The notes: generated by a model from the letters alone, not told the origin. 64,000 nt of DNA from Candidatus Peregrinibacteria bacterium (GCA_963708185.1 OY970195.1:416001-480000); one strand, 5' to 3'; positions 30,789 through 41,094 are shown, numbered from the stretch's first letter. Numbers and translations: made by a program.

Positions 30789-32368
30789 ATGCAGCAAGCA
30801 CTGGAAAATCTGGTAAAAGAGGCTTTCCAAGCCAAAATTCGGAATTATCATGGTCTCCATGCCCTAAAGAACCGCTTTGCTGTGGAACAGAAAACAGGAT
30901 TTCCCAGCAACGCGGAGATGATCCAGGTGTACCGTCAGCTCATTGAACGCGGAGATCTCCCCGAAGACCGTGATTTCATGAAGACCCTTCGCAAGCGTTC
31001 GGTTCGTTCACTTTCGGGCATCGCTTCCATTACCGTCATCACCAAAGCTTATCCCTGTCCCGGGAAATGTATTTTTTGTCCGACTGCGCCGAGATGCCCA
31101 AGAGCTATCTTTCCAACGAACCTGCCATCATGCGGGCCATTTTGAATAATTTTGATTCGTATAAGCAGACATTGAACCGTCTCAGCAGTTTGAGCAAAAC
31201 CGGCCACAGAACCAATAAGATCGACGTCATTGTTTCCGGAGGAACGTTTTCTTTTTATCCTCACCGTTATCAAACCGATTTCACGAGAGGCATTTTCAAC
31301 GCTCTCAACGGCAAGAAATCGAGGTCGCTCGAAGAGGCTCAGAAGATCAACGAAACGGCCGAGAACCGGTGCATCGGTTTGTCTTTTGAGACCAGACCCG
31401 ATCACATCACTGAAAATGAGCTTCGCCGCTTGCGATGGCTGGGTTGTACGAAAATTGAAATCGGCGTGCAAAGCCTCAACGATAAAGTTCTGGAGATCAA
31501 CAAAAGGGGACACGGGATCGCTGAGACCAAGCGTGCCCTGCAGCTGATCCGCGACGCGGCCTATAAGGTGAATTGCCATATGATGCCGAACCTCTACGGC
31601 AGTACCCCGGACATCGATTATGAAGACATGGTCGAGCTTTTCAGTAATCCTGCATACCGTCCGGACTGGCTCAAGATTTACCCCACGATGGTGGTGCCGT
31701 GGTCTCAACTTGAAGGTATCTGGAAAAAAGGGCTTCATGTTCCCTATACTGACGGGCAACTTGTCGATCTTCTGGTGAAGGTGAAACAGATTATTCCCGA
31801 ATATACCCGTATTACCCGCTTGTACCGCGACATTCCAGCGACGACGATCACCGCAGGTTCCAAGATTTCGAATCTCCGACAGCTCATTCAGGCGAAAATG
31901 AAGCAACTCGACGTGAAGTGCCGCTGTATCCGCTGCCGTGAAATCAAGGATGAAAAGGTAAAATTCGATGACCTCACCTTGAACGTTCAAGAGTTTGAAG
32001 CTTCCGAAGGCCGGGAGTTTTTCATCACCTTCGATGACATGAAACGTGATCGGCTTTCGTCTCTGCTGCGTTTGAGGTTTTCATCGTACAGTCTTCAGGG
32101 TAAACCGCACTTTTTAAAAGAACTTGAGGGGGCGGCCCTGGTACGTGAAGTTCACACCTACGGCGAACAGGTCGAAATCTCTTCAAGAGAAAAAGCTGTG
32201 TCGCAACACATCGGGTTGGGCCGCCGCATGATGAAGAAAGCCGAGGAGATTGCACTCAAAAACGGCTATAAGAAAATCGCCGTCATCAGCGGGATCGGCG
32301 TTCGTGAATATTATCGTAAGCTGGGCTACGAGTTGGAAGGGACGTACATGATGAAAAAGCTCGCTTAG
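30789..32368 (+). CDS. elp3: Elp3 radical SAM/GNAT tRNA U34 carboxymethyltransferase (frameshift near 31088)
   Basis: VRSLSG, CPGKCIFCP | PKSY..NEP, ETRPD, KIYPT, CRCIRCRE, REVHTYG, QHIGLG, VISGIGVREYYRKLGY. Confidence 0.93.
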
Positions 32369-35300
32369 GGAGCCTGGACCAGGGGATGGTCGATCTTCGG
32401 AGGTTCGATGTCGGTGTCGTGGATCTGGTCGCCCATGATATCTTTGATTTCCGGTGTTATTTCAACGGAAGCCACAGGCTGCATGATGAGTGCATAACCC
32501 ATCGCTCCCAATGCGCCTCCCATGGCGAGCTTATTTACCCAGTGCCCGCTTTTTGAAATGTCACGCAAGGCCTCCAGATCCTCAATTTCGTTTCCGGCTT
32601 TTTTGAGTGCCTGGCCCATCTCCATACTTTTTCCGGTTTCACTTGCTTCTTGCATGATTGCTTTGGCTGCCTTAAGTCTCATAAAAGTGCCCGCCATCGT
32701 CGATGCATCGCATAGCCCGGAGCCAACTCCGAACGCTGCTCTCAATGTACGGTCGGTTTTGTCGAGTTTTCTTCCTGTGACCATCTCTTCGCCGGTAAAG
32801 GCGGAATAAAAGTTGGAATATGTGGAAATGAAGGGCACCGTGTCGACGACGGACTGGCCAAGAGCATTGGAAAGCGCTTTACTGAACTCTTCACTTGCGT
32901 TCCGGTCTTTAAAGTTTATAGCTGTTCCCAAAGCGATAAAACCACCGTAAAGTAACAACTTTCCCCTTGTAATGTTGGTGACGCTTTTCAGAATTCCTTC
33001 TTTTTCGCTCTGTTTATTCAATACTTTGTAGAACAGTTGCTGCATCTGATTTTTTTCCTGTTTGGCTATTTGTTCGATTTCTGGTGTTGCGGCGCCCTTG
33101 CCTTTCATCGCTTTTCTGAGCTTCCATTCTGTCGTAAATTTTTGGGCAAGGCTTTTGTATGTCGTAAAGTCTCCGAGATCGATTCTGATTTTTTCTTTCA
33201 TGAGATCGTTGTATTCTCTTGCTATTCCCTTGATGTCTTTCCCCTCCTTTGCCAGTTTTTCCATTTCAGCCATTTTGTCGGCCATTTGTAGATTTATCTG
33301 CTTTCTGTGGGCGTCAATGGTGTTCTGAAGGGTATCCATCTGGTCAAGATACGTTTTGGTCAATACGCCCTTTTCTCCTTCCGGACCGAATTTGTTTGTG
33401 AAGACAGCTTTGCGTTCAGCCATCTCATAGACAAGATAGTTTCCCTGAAGTTCCACACGTTCTTTTATAAATGCCCGCATGGTCGATTGGTTTTCCTTGA
33501 TGATCTCTTCGGCTTTTGTAATCTCCGGACCGGTGGAAATTCTCTTGGATTTCAGCTCTGCGATTTTTGCTTCCTGTTCGGCGATGGTTTTTCGATAACC
33601 ATGAATTTGCTGGTCTTTTTCGAGAAGCGCCACTTTGGCTTTGTTATGTTCGATCTCTCTCGTAATCTCTTCAGTAGACTTTATTTTTGGTTGTTTTTCA
33701 GCAATTTCCAGGCTTTTCTTGGCGCGCGTAAGTTCCTCTTCGTTATTTTTGATATCCTGATCGACTTCGGAAGGTGTGGCGTTGGTTTTGAATTCCCGTC
33801 CGATCAGTCCGCTCTCGGGAGAAATGCCTTTTGCTTTATTGATGAGTTCAGTCGCTGTTTTTATCGGCGCTTTGAGGTACTTGGAGACAATGTATTTGCC
33901 GTACTCTTTTTTCCATTCGGGTAACAATAACCAACCAATGGCTTTGGGAGCGTGCGTCGCGGACAAAAGTTCCAATTCGGTCCAGCCCCGACGTTTCATG
34001 ATTTGATCTCTCAGGTCGTTGTATTCGTCGCCAAGCGCTACGTTTGTCTTAAATACCCTATCCGCTTTTTCGGCAATGCTTTCAGTACTTTCTTTATTTG
34101 CAATGCTGTTGTTCAGATCTTTCAGTGCATTCTTCCATTCCCGGTAAAGTTCGGTGATTTTTTTGGTATCAATGTTCAGTTTTTTCGCTTCGCTGATAAT
34201 ACTGAGGACACTTTTTTCGTTCATTAATTTTTGCAGGTCCAGCTTGAGCTCCTTGCCCATTTCCTGTTGTTCCGGAGGAAGTTTACTGATGGCGTCGTCA
34301 ATCGACGCTACTTCAGGAGCTGGAGGTTCGGTGCTTACCGCTTCTCCGCTGAGGTTTTTCAGAACATCGTCGACGGTGGTGGTTGGGTTGACGAAATGAC
34401 TGATTTCTTCCTGATGTGCTTCAAAATATTTGCGGATTATCTCTTCCTGCTCCGCTGTTGAAGCGCTTCCCACGATAAGATTTAAGCCAGGAATCTGGCC
34501 GAGTACGCCGGCAATTGCTGATTTTCCTTCAGCAATAGTTGACATGAAATCGCTGTATTTGATGTTGCCGATACCCTTCAGGGTTTCTGGATCAACGGTT
34601 CCCCCCATCTCTTGACTGATTTTTTCCGCCATGTGCCGGTGAATTTCAAAATTTTCGTCCGGTCCGGCGAAAAGAACCTTGAACGCTTCGACGAACTCTC
34701 CATGAGAAAGATGAATGAGAAACTGGCTCAAACGGTTGCCGGTGATGTTGATGCCAAGCTTGTCCTTCAGCCATTTACTGACATCCTCATTACCGATCAA
34801 TCTTCCCAGGACAAAAATGCCGGCGCTGATGCCAAGACCCCATTTGAGTCTTTTTCCCCATTTGTCTCCGAGGATTTTGTCGATGAACCCTTCTTTTTTT
34901 TCTCCGTTTCCCTGCTCTTCATCTTCATCGGACGAAGTGAACCATTTGAAGATTTTATAGACACCGTACGCGCCTGCGGCCGCGATTCCGGCCGTGAGGA
35001 TAGGATGCTCTTTGGCAAAACCGGTTATTTTTTCCCAGAAGGTCGTTGGTTCTTTTTCCACTGTGGCTCCGGGGTATTTCCCGGGCTGTTGAGTCGGTGC
35101 GCTTAACGCTTCTTTGGTTTTATGGGCGCTTTCGTAAATTTCATGACCGCGTTCTACCAGTCTGCTCCAACGTTCTTTCAATACGGCGTATATTTTGGAG
35201 TCGGGTTTCGATGCGATTTCCTGGAGTTTCTTGAGTGAAATTTTTTCCGCCGGGTTCAATTTTTCCAGCGTAGCTCTTCCAATATTTTTCAAGCTTTCGA

Positions 35301-35658
35301 TGTTTTTCAGCGCTTCTTTCGTCGTCCCGCTCTCAAAAAGCATTGCCAAAAGCGTTGTTCCGGTTACGGTCTGTAAAAGGTCGAAAGACTCCTTTTGTTC
35401 CTTACTTTCCAGTCCTTCTTCCACGTTCAGCCTGTCGATCTTGGAAGGCGTATCTTTATCCGGATTTACCTCCATCTGGAGGACTTCGCGTTTGATTTCC
35501 GAAGTCTCCTTGGTGGCCTCTTTTTTGACATCGGTTTTTTCAGCTGCGATTTCCGGAGCTTTTTCCGGCATCTTTACTTCACCGAGTTTGAGGACGTCGG
35601 GAGTGTTTTCAGACTGTCCATTTGGATTTTCTTCCGGTTTTTGTTTATCACCTGCCAT
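32365..35658 (-). CDS. Large coiled-coil membrane protein with a C-terminal pre-toxin TG-like motif
   Basis: 1097 aa, several Gly/Ala-rich hydrophobic helices, DTVPFI...AFTGEEMVTGRKLDKTDR. Confidence 0.8.
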   Translation of the reverse strand: MAGDKQKPEENPNGQSENTPDVLKLGEVKMPEKAPEIAAEKTDVKKEATKETSEIKREVLQMEVNPDKDTPSKIDRLNVEEGLESKEQKESFDLLQTVTGTTLLAMLFESGTTKEALKNIESLKNIGRATLEKLNPAEKISLKKLQEIASKPDSKIYAVLKERWSRLVERGHEIYESAHKTKEALSAPTQQPGKYPGATVEKEPTTFWEKITGFAKEHPILTAGIAAAGAYGVYKIFKWFTSSDEDEEQGNGEKKEGFIDKILGDKWGKRLKWGLGISAGIFVLGRLIGNEDVSKWLKDKLGINITGNRLSQFLIHLSHGEFVEAFKVLFAGPDENFEIHRHMAEKISQEMGGTVDPETLKGIGNIKYSDFMSTIAEGKSAIAGVLGQIPGLNLIVGSASTAEQEEIIRKYFEAHQEEISHFVNPTTTVDDVLKNLSGEAVSTEPPAPEVASIDDAISKLPPEQQEMGKELKLDLQKLMNEKSVLSIISEAKKLNIDTKKITELYREWKNALKDLNNSIANKESTESIAEKADRVFKTNVALGDEYNDLRDQIMKRRGWTELELLSATHAPKAIGWLLLPEWKKEYGKYIVSKYLKAPIKTATELINKAKGISPESGLIGREFKTNATPSEVDQDIKNNEEELTRAKKSLEIAEKQPKIKSTEEITREIEHNKAKVALLEKDQQIHGYRKTIAEQEAKIAELKSKRISTGPEITKAEEIIKENQSTMRAFIKERVELQGNYLVYEMAERKAVFTNKFGPEGEKGVLTKTYLDQMDTLQNTIDAHRKQINLQMADKMAEMEKLAKEGKDIKGIAREYNDLMKEKIRIDLGDFTTYKSLAQKFTTEWKLRKAMKGKGAATPEIEQIAKQEKNQMQQLFYKVLNKQSEKEGILKSVTNITRGKLLLYGGFIALGTAINFKDRNASEEFSKALSNALGQSVVDTVPFISTYSNFYSAFTGEEMVTGRKLDKTDRTLRAAFGVGSGLCDASTMAGTFMRLKAAKAIMQEASETGKSMEMGQALKKAGNEIEDLEALRDISKSGHWVNKLAMGGALGAMGYALIMQPVASVEITPEIKDIMGDQIHDTDIEPPKIDHPLVQAP

Positions 35659-35730
35659 GGTTGTTCTTCGAAAATAATTCCTATTATTATACCCTAAATC
35701 GGTTGTTTTGAGTAGGCCTTTCTGGAGTTT

Positions 35731-37009
35731 TTAGATTTTTACGGTCAGCAGTTCGTCCCATTGGGTGGTGTAGTTCGGCGAGCGTTTTTCCTGACGATAA
35801 CGCCATTCCTGCCGTATTCCGTTGCTTCCGTATTTTAAGGTGTCCGTGCCCCAGCGCCAGTTGAGCCGGTCCATGACCGCCATCAATGACTCTTTTCGTT
35901 CATATTCCCGTAAAGGAGTGAAGAGCTTCCAGCTGCTGGTGGCGTTTGGGCGTTATCCCCGTCAGGATGACGCCGGCCTTCTTGTAGTTGTAGCCGTCTT
36001 TATAGATTTTTTTGAGGCATTCCCGGGCTGTTGCCATACATTCCGGCGTTGAAGCCGTGGGGTAGGGAAGTTCCCGTCCTCCGCTTTGCCGGTATATGGA
36101 CCCTTCCTGGTAATGGCCGGTACTGACGTAGACCTGTATGTATGAGGCCACACAGCCCTGTTCGCGCAGTTTTTCGGTGGCGCGACTGACGAACGTTGAA
36201 ACGGCTTCTTTGAGAGCTTCAAAGGTGGTGACAGGATGACGGAACGAACGGGATGTGATAATGCTTTTTTGGGCTTCGGGTTCTTCCTGCATCTCAATTT
36301 TTGGAATTCCACGAAGTTCCAGGACAGTGCGTAATCCGTTGACGGAGAGGTGTTTTTTGACCCAAACATCGTCGCTGTTTTTGAGCTGAAGCACATTGCA
36401 AATGCCGTACTGGCGCAGCAGTTTTCCCGTCCGGTAGCCGATGCCCCAGATCTCTTCAACGTCAAGTTTTTGCAATATTTCATCGGCGTGGGGGTGTCCG
36501 GTGATGTTGAAAACACCCTTTTGCAAAGGGTCTTTTTTGGCGATTTTGTTGGCGATCTTGGCTAGGGTTTTGGTCGGTCCTATGCCGATGGAAATCGGGA
36601 TTCCCGTCCATTTCCAGACCGTGCTCCGGACGGTGCGGGCGTACGATGCTATATCGTTTGTCGGCATATTGGTGAAGTCCATGAATGCTTCATCAACGGA
36701 GTAAATTTCGAGATCCGTGGTGAACGTTTCCAGGATGTTCATGACCCTCGCCGAAAAGTCGCCGTACAGGGCGAAATTGGAGGAAAATACCGCGATATTG
36801 TGTTTTTTAACGAGTTTTTCGCATTCAAAATACGCTTGGGCCATGCCGATGCCGATCGTTTTGGCTTCGTTTGATCTTGCAATGACGCATCCGTCGTTGT
36901 TGGAAAGAACGATGATGGGTCTTTTGCGTAATTTTGGCTGAAACACCCGCTCACAGGACGCATAGAAATTGTTGCAGTCGGCCAGCCCGAAGAGCTTCAC
37001 GTGGTTCAT
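35731..37009 (-). CDS. umuC: Y-family DNA polymerase V subunit UmuC (frameshift near 35928)
   Basis: DCNNFYASCE, SNNDGC, YSVDEAF, TKTLAK; C-terminal LF...W...Q..RSP.YTT.W.EL in the shifted frame, ending at TAA 35731. Confidence 0.93.
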
Positions 37010-37434
37010 GCGCGGGTCGAGTGAATGATGTAGGTGACGACTCCCCATATTTCAAATTCCATGTCCGGCGTCATGGCCATTGGTCTATAACGGGGATTTT
37101 CAGGCATGAGCCAGATGTTTTTTCCGTTTTTCTTGAGACGTTTGACCGTAAACTCTCCGTCGATGAGGGCAATGACGATCTTATTATTGGTGCTTTCGAC
37201 GGAACGGTCGACGATAAGAATGTCTCCGGAACGGATGCCGGCATTGATCATGGAATCCCCCTGGACGCGCACGAAGAATGTTGCTGCCGGGTGTTCGACA
37301 AGGTGACTGTTCAGATCCAGGTTTTTTTCAAGAAAGTCGTCGGCAGGTGACGGAAAACCCGCTGAAACCGGCGTGGCGAAGAGCTTGATGGCGGTCTGTT
37401 TTTCCGGGGGGCGGTTTTTGAAAAATTCCAACAT
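37006..37434 (-). CDS. umuD: UmuD S24 autopeptidase
   Basis: VSAGFPSPA.D, RVQGDSM, FTVKRL, IWGVV; ATGA overlap with umuC. Confidence 0.94.
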   Translation of the reverse strand: MLEFFKNRPPEKQTAIKLFATPVSAGFPSPADDFLEKNLDLNSHLVEHPAATFFVRVQGDSMINAGIRSGDILIVDRSVESTNNKIVIALIDGEFTVKRLKKNGKNIWLMPENPRYRPMAMTPDMEFEIWGVVTYIIHSTRA

Positions 37435-37447
37435 CGGCAGTGAAGTA

Positions 37448-37485
37448 AGTGCTCATGGGTGAGTATATGCTCACCCATGAGCACT
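37448..37485. promoter_or_regulatory. Perfect 16-bp inverted repeat made of two TGCTCA-N4-TGAGYA boxes upstream of umuD
   Basis: AGTGCTCATGGGTGAG-TATATG-CTCACCCATGAGCACT. Confidence 0.7.
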
Positions 37486-37542
37486 GTGAAGAATATTGGC
37501 TTTGTGCTATAATAAAAAGATTGTTTAATCATTTTACAGGCC

Positions 37543-39180
37543 ATGTCTCAACCGGGTGAAACCCCCAAACCGTTAGAAGCTTCTCTTACAAGAGAGGTCG
37601 TGCATCGCCACGCACTTGAATTCAAGCCCTCGTTTGCGTTTCTGCAAAAACAAAAAGAGATCCAGTCCATAGCCATCAACCGCGAATTGGAGGAGCATAA
37701 ACTGAAGCTGGAGGAGGGAAGCGATCTTCTTTCCCTCAGGGTCCAGGCTGCGACGATCGGTTCGGAAAAAGACGTGAACCAGCAACTGGATGATGAAAGC
37801 TGTTGTTTGAACGATGAGGAGAAAAAGGCTTATTGCGAGACCGTTGATCAGTGCGTGGATGAACAGGGGACCACCGAGGATGATAAAGAGGCTCTTCGAA
37901 GAACGATGACGGAGGTCATCTTCAAACCCCGGGTCTTTCTTGCACACTATAAACACTGGCGGAAAAATTGGGATTCAGATCCAAAACTCCAGGAAAAATA
38001 TCCTGATTTCCAGGATTACGTTTTTGAACGGGCGAGAGCTTTTATCAATGCGCGCCGCAATGAAATCATTGCCTCACGCTTAAGGAAATTCCAGAAGGAT
38101 TCCATGCCAAAGACTCCGACGGCCGATCAGGGAAAAGAACAACTGAAGGATATCGATCGCAAGGTGATGAGTTTTATCAGGAAGCATGAAGATGAGTTGC
38201 TCGAATATAACGATTTGGACATCAAAGACCCTAAAAGGCAGGCGCTTTCCCAGAAATTTCTTGCTGAATCAGGTTTACAGGGGGCGAAAGCCGCAGAGGC
38301 GCGGAAGCTTTTTGAAGATATCATCGGGGACATCGAAGTGGCGTTTCTGGCTCAAAGAAAATTGGTCTCAAGTTATCAGGATATGGGAGGCCTTGCCCAG
38401 GACGCCATTGATCATAACGAAGATATCGATCAAGAAAAATGGAACAAGATGCTTCAAGACGATCTTCAGAAAGATCCATATTTTAAAGAGGCCCTGGAAC
38501 AGCAACAGGCTTTTGTCTATCAAGCAAGTGCGGATGCCGCTCTCGCGACGATGCCGTTGGACTCTCCGGAATCCGTAGCCATGCAGGCAGGCGGTTTACG
38601 CATCATGGGCTATGATCCCGCAACGGACACCTACACCGTTCGCTATCCGGACAGTACACTTGAAACGAAAATGAAAATTATTCCACGTCCGGGTTCAAAG
38701 ACCTTTGATGATGCCGAGTTCGTTTTTTATGATAAATATGCCGATAAAGCCAAAGGCAACGAGGTGCATTTTAAACGCGATAACTTGCGGAGCGGCTGCA
38801 ACCAGATGTTTCTTGATTACCTCATGAACGACTGGATCAGACAAAACAGCATGAGTCCGGATTTCAACGTCAATGATATCCTTACCGATGATACGATGTC
38901 ACGTATGGCGGAAAGACTTTTTGACAGAAGTCTCAACGATATCGTGCTGACGAAAAACATGCGTTTTATTTTCAGCAGATTTCTGGAGGTCATGATGAAA
39001 GGAGACAACTCATCGACGAAGTACGGTGATCTCGGTTCTTTTGAAGCTCGGGTAAAAAAGATGGATACGGTTATGATGAATCCATCCTATGCGAAAAAAC
39101 TTTACAAGGAGTTTGAAAAAATCGGATCGGTGGCTTTTACGGTTTCTACTTTGTTGGAGCACATCGATTATAAGGAGTAG
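37543..39180 (+). CDS. Hypothetical 545-aa charged helical protein
   Basis: Long ORF with native-like codon usage and no recognisable motif. Confidence 0.8.
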   Translation: MSQPGETPKPLEASLTREVVHRHALEFKPSFAFLQKQKEIQSIAINRELEEHKLKLEEGSDLLSLRVQAATIGSEKDVNQQLDDESCCLNDEEKKAYCETVDQCVDEQGTTEDDKEALRRTMTEVIFKPRVFLAHYKHWRKNWDSDPKLQEKYPDFQDYVFERARAFINARRNEIIASRLRKFQKDSMPKTPTADQGKEQLKDIDRKVMSFIRKHEDELLEYNDLDIKDPKRQALSQKFLAESGLQGAKAAEARKLFEDIIGDIEVAFLAQRKLVSSYQDMGGLAQDAIDHNEDIDQEKWNKMLQDDLQKDPYFKEALEQQQAFVYQASADAALATMPLDSPESVAMQAGGLRIMGYDPATDTYTVRYPDSTLETKMKIIPRPGSKTFDDAEFVFYDKYADKAKGNEVHFKRDNLRSGCNQMFLDYLMNDWIRQNSMSPDFNVNDILTDDTMSRMAERLFDRSLNDIVLTKNMRFIFSRFLEVMMKGDNSSTKYGDLGSFEARVKKMDTVMMNPSYAKKLYKEFEKIGSVAFTVSTLLEHIDYKE

Positions 39181-39197
39181 TTCACTTCGAGCATAGG

Positions 39198-39239
39198 AAA
39201 AAGCGCCCCTGAAGTCCTATGAAGGAAGCAGCGAGGCGC
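39198..39239 (-). terminator. Intrinsic terminator of cassette B
   Basis: GCGCCTC...GGGGCGC stem followed by TTTTT; conserved in cassette A. Confidence 0.7.
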
Positions 39240-39298
39240 CGAGTTGGTGGTTATTCAATGAAGTGAAGAAAAGTGGAGATAAGAAAGCTCGGCGGGGA

Positions 39299-40050
39299 TC
39301 AGTACTGGAGCAGGAATTCCGCTCCGTTCGGGCAGGAAGACGAGAGGTTGATGTTGGGGTTGGAACCGCAAGAGATTGCGGTGTACCCAACGCTGAAGAG
39401 TTCTCCCTCCATCTGCGAGTGATCGGGAGCGGGCCCGGACTGAACGTCGGGGCGCACTTTTTCGAACACGAGACGGGGTAGGAACCGAGCGAGCTTGCCT
39501 GGGATGCGTTGTTGTTGGGAGGGTCACCGACCCATACCATCACGACGCTTCCCGCGATGGGGTGGGTGTAGAACGGTTGGGTACCGTCCTGACACGTCGA
39601 GTCGTCGGGCGACGACTCCATGTTGTAAGTCGTCCCCAACTTGTTGAGGATGACCTTGTAGCACGAGTTCGTGCACTTGAAGGTGACCGCGTTGGGCTGC
39701 GGCGGGTCGTTGCAGAGAGGGGGAGCTCCACCGGAACCACCCGTACCGCCCATACCGCCAGAGCCGCCCATGCCGCCACCGCCGGTGGAGCTGGTTGCTC
39801 CGCCCATGCCGCCAGAACCGCCCTGGCCGCCTGAAGAGCTCGTCGAGCCCCCCATGCCGCCGGAGCCGCCCTGACTGGAACTGCTGGTGGTCTTGCCACC
39901 TCCAGTATCAGAGGTGGACATTCCTCCGGAACCACCTCCGCCTTGGTTGCAGATGTCCGGACAGGTGCCGTAGGAATCCAGGACGCATGCCTGGAGGACG
40001 AAGATCCCCATGCAGGGGAGCGACGTCATCAGTAAACTTTTCAGATGCAT
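39299..40050 (-). CDS. Gly/Ser-rich putative lipoprotein with an 8-Cys C-terminal domain, copy B (frameshift near 39434)
   Basis: SD GGGAGG; lipobox-like VLQAC; GGSGGMGG linker; restoring one G (present in copy A) gives ...APDHSQMEGELF...GAEFLLQY*. Confidence 0.82.
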
Positions 40051-40117
40051 ATGACCTCCCGGGAGAAGAAAGTGCCTCCCTTGGAAATTTCGTAACTTCA
40101 TTGATGTCAAACACCAG

Positions 40118-40180
40118 TCTTTTTGTTTGTAAACCGTCAGAAACTCCTTTAGGTGTTTGCGGTTCACAAAAGCAAAAAGA
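40118..40180 (-). other. Conserved 5' leader hairpin, cassette B
   Basis: TCTTTTTG/CAAAAAGA and TTTGTGAACCG/CGGTTTACAAA stems. Confidence 0.65.
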
Positions 40181-40187
40181 GCGTTTA

Positions 40188-40216
40188 ATTATGGTGTAAA
40201 AGTGATAAAAAGTCAA
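40188..40216 (-). promoter_or_regulatory. sigma70 promoter TTGACT-N17-CATAAT
   Basis: Near-consensus boxes with 17-nt spacer. Confidence 0.72.
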
Positions 40217-40224
40217 TACATAGG

Positions 40225-40264
40225 AAAAAGCGCCCAGAAGTCCTGGTAAGGAAGCAGCGGGCGC
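40225..40264 (-). terminator. Intrinsic terminator of cassette A
   Basis: GCGCCC...GGGCGC stem followed by TTTTT. Confidence 0.7.
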
Positions 40265-40319
40265 CGGGTTGATGGTTGTACAATGAAGTAGAGCTAAGGA
40301 AGTTCGTCCGGCGCGAGAC

Positions 40320-41094
40320 CTAGTACTGGAGCAGGAAATCCGCTCCATGGGTGCAGGAAGGTGCCGAGAGGTTGATGTTGGGATTGGAACCGCACCCGAT
40401 GGTGTTGTATCCGGACGTGAAGAGTTCCGCTTCCATCTGCGAGTGATCGGGAGCGGGCCCCGGATTGAACGTCGGGGCGCACTTGACCGAACACGAGAGA
40501 GGGAACGAACCCTGGGAAACCGCCTGGATATTGTTGTTGTTCGCGGGGTCGTTGACCCACGCCATGACAACACTCCCGACGTTGGGGTGGGTGTAGAACG
40601 GTTGGGTACCGTCCTGGCACGTCGAGTCGTCGGGTGACGACTCCGCGTTGTTGGTCGTCCCCAACTTGTTGAGGATGACCTTGTAGCACGAGTTCGTGCA
40701 CTTGAAAGTGACCGCGTTGGGCTGCGGCGGGTCGTTGCAGAGGGGGAGCTCCACCGGAGCCGCCCATGCCGCCTGCACCACCCTGACCACTTGAACCGCC
40801 CATGCCGCCGGAACCCGCAGTTCCACCGGTGCCCGTTGCACCAGCTTCACCGCCCGCTCCAGCAGAGCCGCCTTGGCCGCCCATGCCGCCGAAACCCGCA
40901 GTTCCACCGGTGCCCGTTGCACCAGCTTCGCCACCGGTTCCTGCAGAGCCGCCTTGGCCGTCGCTTCCGGCCTGACCGCTCGAACCGCCGGAACCTCCGG
41001 GGCCGAACAGCGGGTCCGAATTCAGACCGCATCCCCCCGAGTAGAGGGCGGCGGCCAGGATCATCGGACAATACATGAATACCGTGAGACGCAT
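40320..41094 (-). CDS. Gly-rich putative lipoprotein with an 8-Cys C-terminal domain, copy A (2-nt frameshift near 40740)
   Basis: SD AAGGAGGAG; signal ending SGGC; Gly linker; lacks one CT unit relative to copy B at GAPPL|CNDPP; ends GADFLLQY*. Confidence 0.82.
40797..40960 (-). repeat. Two 81-nt direct repeats encoding GQGGSAG.GGEAGATGTGGTAG.GGMG
   Basis: CATGCCGCCG at 40801 and 40882; near-identical units. Confidence 0.85.

Noticed and set aside
40230-40264. SRP RNA-like AGGAAGCAGC motif on the + strand (also at 39221-39232)
   Set aside because: It lacks the CAGG and GGAA tetraloop and the long SRP stem, occurs twice, and is better explained as the minus-strand terminator.
39750-40990. 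CRISPR array or diversity-generating retroelement TR/VR pair
   Set aside because: The repeats are in-frame Gly codon repeats without spacers; differences between paralogs are not adenine-specific and there is no reverse transcriptase in the window.
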